A DNA stretch of 64,000 bases, from positions 4,712,001-4,776,000 of the forward strand of contig CM007989.1 of assembly GCA_002189035.1 (NCBI GenBank), written 5' to 3'. The notes beneath the pieces are model-generated. The model ran no database searches, was not told where the DNA came from, and worked only from the letters and a program-made list of their open reading frames with translations. The translations under genes and the position numbers were made by a program. This DNA comes from Utricularia gibba (taxonomy: Eukaryota; Plantae; Magnoliophyta). Positions 62,334-64,000 of this stretch are shown here, piece after piece (positions within the stretch are counted from its first letter, which is position 1; each line of letters starts with the position of its first letter).

Positions 62334-63336
62334 TTACTCTTTATCATATTGATATGTTCTATGTTTGTAAATTTTGACAGAAAAATTTTTTAATTGCAAG
62401 AGTGAGCTTGACTAAGTTTCTATATATATTTTCTATATTCGTAAATTTTGACATTCAATTTTTGTGGTTGCACGGGCATGCTAGACTAAGTTGATTGAGT
62501 AGAGTTGGACCTTATACCATGATCCCACATGCCACCCAACTATCGTTGGTAGACACCATTGCACAAAAATGCACAATGAGATGGATTGAGAAGTGAATCC
62601 ACCACTAGTAGAATAGTCTGATGAATTCAATATTTTTTGTTTTGAACAACTTTGATTAATTACTAGTAGAACTTATTTATTTTTTATATTTTCTATATGA
62701 TTGTTTTCAAACTATTTTCATAATAGTAGCTTATTCAATAATGATTTGCATCACAGTTTATTACGACAAAACACATCTACATATAATGATTGGAATAGTG
62801 GTTTCATCTACCCATGCCTACATCGCTGTGATGATGACGGACGAGTCACATCATGTGTACCACTATATGTTGGTGGAAATAGAAATCTCCAATAAGCATG
62901 TCTCCTCTCAACACTAGATTGGCTTGATCTTGAATGGAGCATCATGAATTGCCTATAAAAAGGTGGCCAATGATATGATGGAGTGGTAGCCAAGAGTGGC
63001 AGTTGCACATAGGAAGGAGTCTCCCATGTTGATGGTCTACTCATTGGTGCCATATATTACTAAAACATCTCTAGATTGAAATCCTCATATGTAAGGTCCA
63101 TGTGGACCTGCGTGAGGTCATCATCAGTTCCCAGATACGGAATCTATCTAGCTCCATACAATCTATTAGCATAGGCCCTCATATGCTCGCGTTGTTTCTT
63201 GATTCCTCAACACGAAATCTGTCTTGTTGTGTAGCTTGAAAAAAAACAAGATATCAAAAATTAGTTTAGACAATCTAACCCTTATTTATATAAAAATTTA
63301 TTTTACCACAAATGCTATCGGCTCTGCATCTCCACC

Positions 63337-63888
63337 TCAATATCCATCACCCTTCTTTTGCCTTTTTCCAAGATATAACAATGCGTACGGCCTATACCAT
63401 ACCATATACACCACCTCAGACACTATGAGGATCTCATGTAGATAGAAAATGTGATTGTGCCTAGATATCCACAAAACTATACATGTAGCATGTTCCAACG
63501 TCCAATCCGTATTGTATAAGTTTTTGGTGAACTTTTGTTCTGCAAGATTGATTTGTAGGGGATGGAATAACATGGCCACATCCAAATTGGCAAGAAACTC
63601 AATTAGGGTAATAGGGCTCCACCTGAGATGCATATATCATTAAACTGGTGTACTGCCAAAGCATACAATCACATTCTGGAGCACACAGTAAATGTATATC
63701 CTCGTAAGGGATCCATTTAAAGTGTCCAACAAACAATGAAATATGTATGATGACAATATGTACATTTCAAATAAAAATATATTCATATGATAACAATGTA
63801 TCTCGTCATCCCCACAAATCAAATCAAGTGTGTCGTGTATTGGCTTTAACTTGTCGGAGACCCAACCTTCGAACCACCAATCATACAT
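63337..63888 (-). mobile_element. Plant mobile domain (PMD/MAIN-like) fragment, probably TE-borne
   Basis: NTDWTLEHATCIVLWISRHNHI (cf. PMD DW...H..YI..W..R) and CFGSTPV (cf. RQFG..Q.IP); broken frames. Confidence 0.5.
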
Positions 63889-64000
63889 GGATGGTTTAAA
63901 CCCCTCGTCCTCTCAATATATATCATGTGGGAAATGGCACTTCAGTGTAGTACGTAGAGATGAGATCCGAGTATATGCTCATAGCTGCATAAGAAACATT

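Overview
AT-rich, TE-dense 64-kb window of a flowering-plant nuclear genome. Host genes: (1) a group-I/DREB A-6 (RAP2.4/ERF060-like) AP2/ERF gene, minus strand ~11.8-12.5 kb, broken by several single-base homopolymer deletions and preceded by a candidate non-AUG uORF; (2) a two-exon acidic protein gene ending PPKKRKK (33.6-34.4 kb, minus; two compensating frameshifts); (3) an intact 20-exon ABC1K8/OSA1 atypical kinase (44.6-49.0 kb, minus; one GC-AG intron); (4) a three-exon UCP009193-type gene that looks HAPSTR1/TAPR1-like (54.1-55.1 kb, plus; two frameshifts in the last exon); (5) an intact intronless PLS-DYW PPR editing factor, OTP81/QED1-like (55.5-57.7 kb, minus). Pseudogenes: Ole e 1/LAT52-like and FCP1-homology (NIF/HAD). 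The rest is largely TE debris: four ~1.3-1.4-kb LTRs of one Athila-like family, Tat/Retand pieces (tRNA-Lys PBS, open gag), several Copia remnants (one with both LTRs, PBS, PPT and TSD), and MULE, hAT, PIF/Harbinger and PMD fragments. I found no demonstrably new biological system. The best leads are the candidate non-AUG uORF, a 57-bp tandem hairpin array with a flipped loop, the HAPSTR1-like protein, and the patchy homopolymer frameshifts (probably assembly error). All family calls are by eye from remembered motifs; no database search was run.
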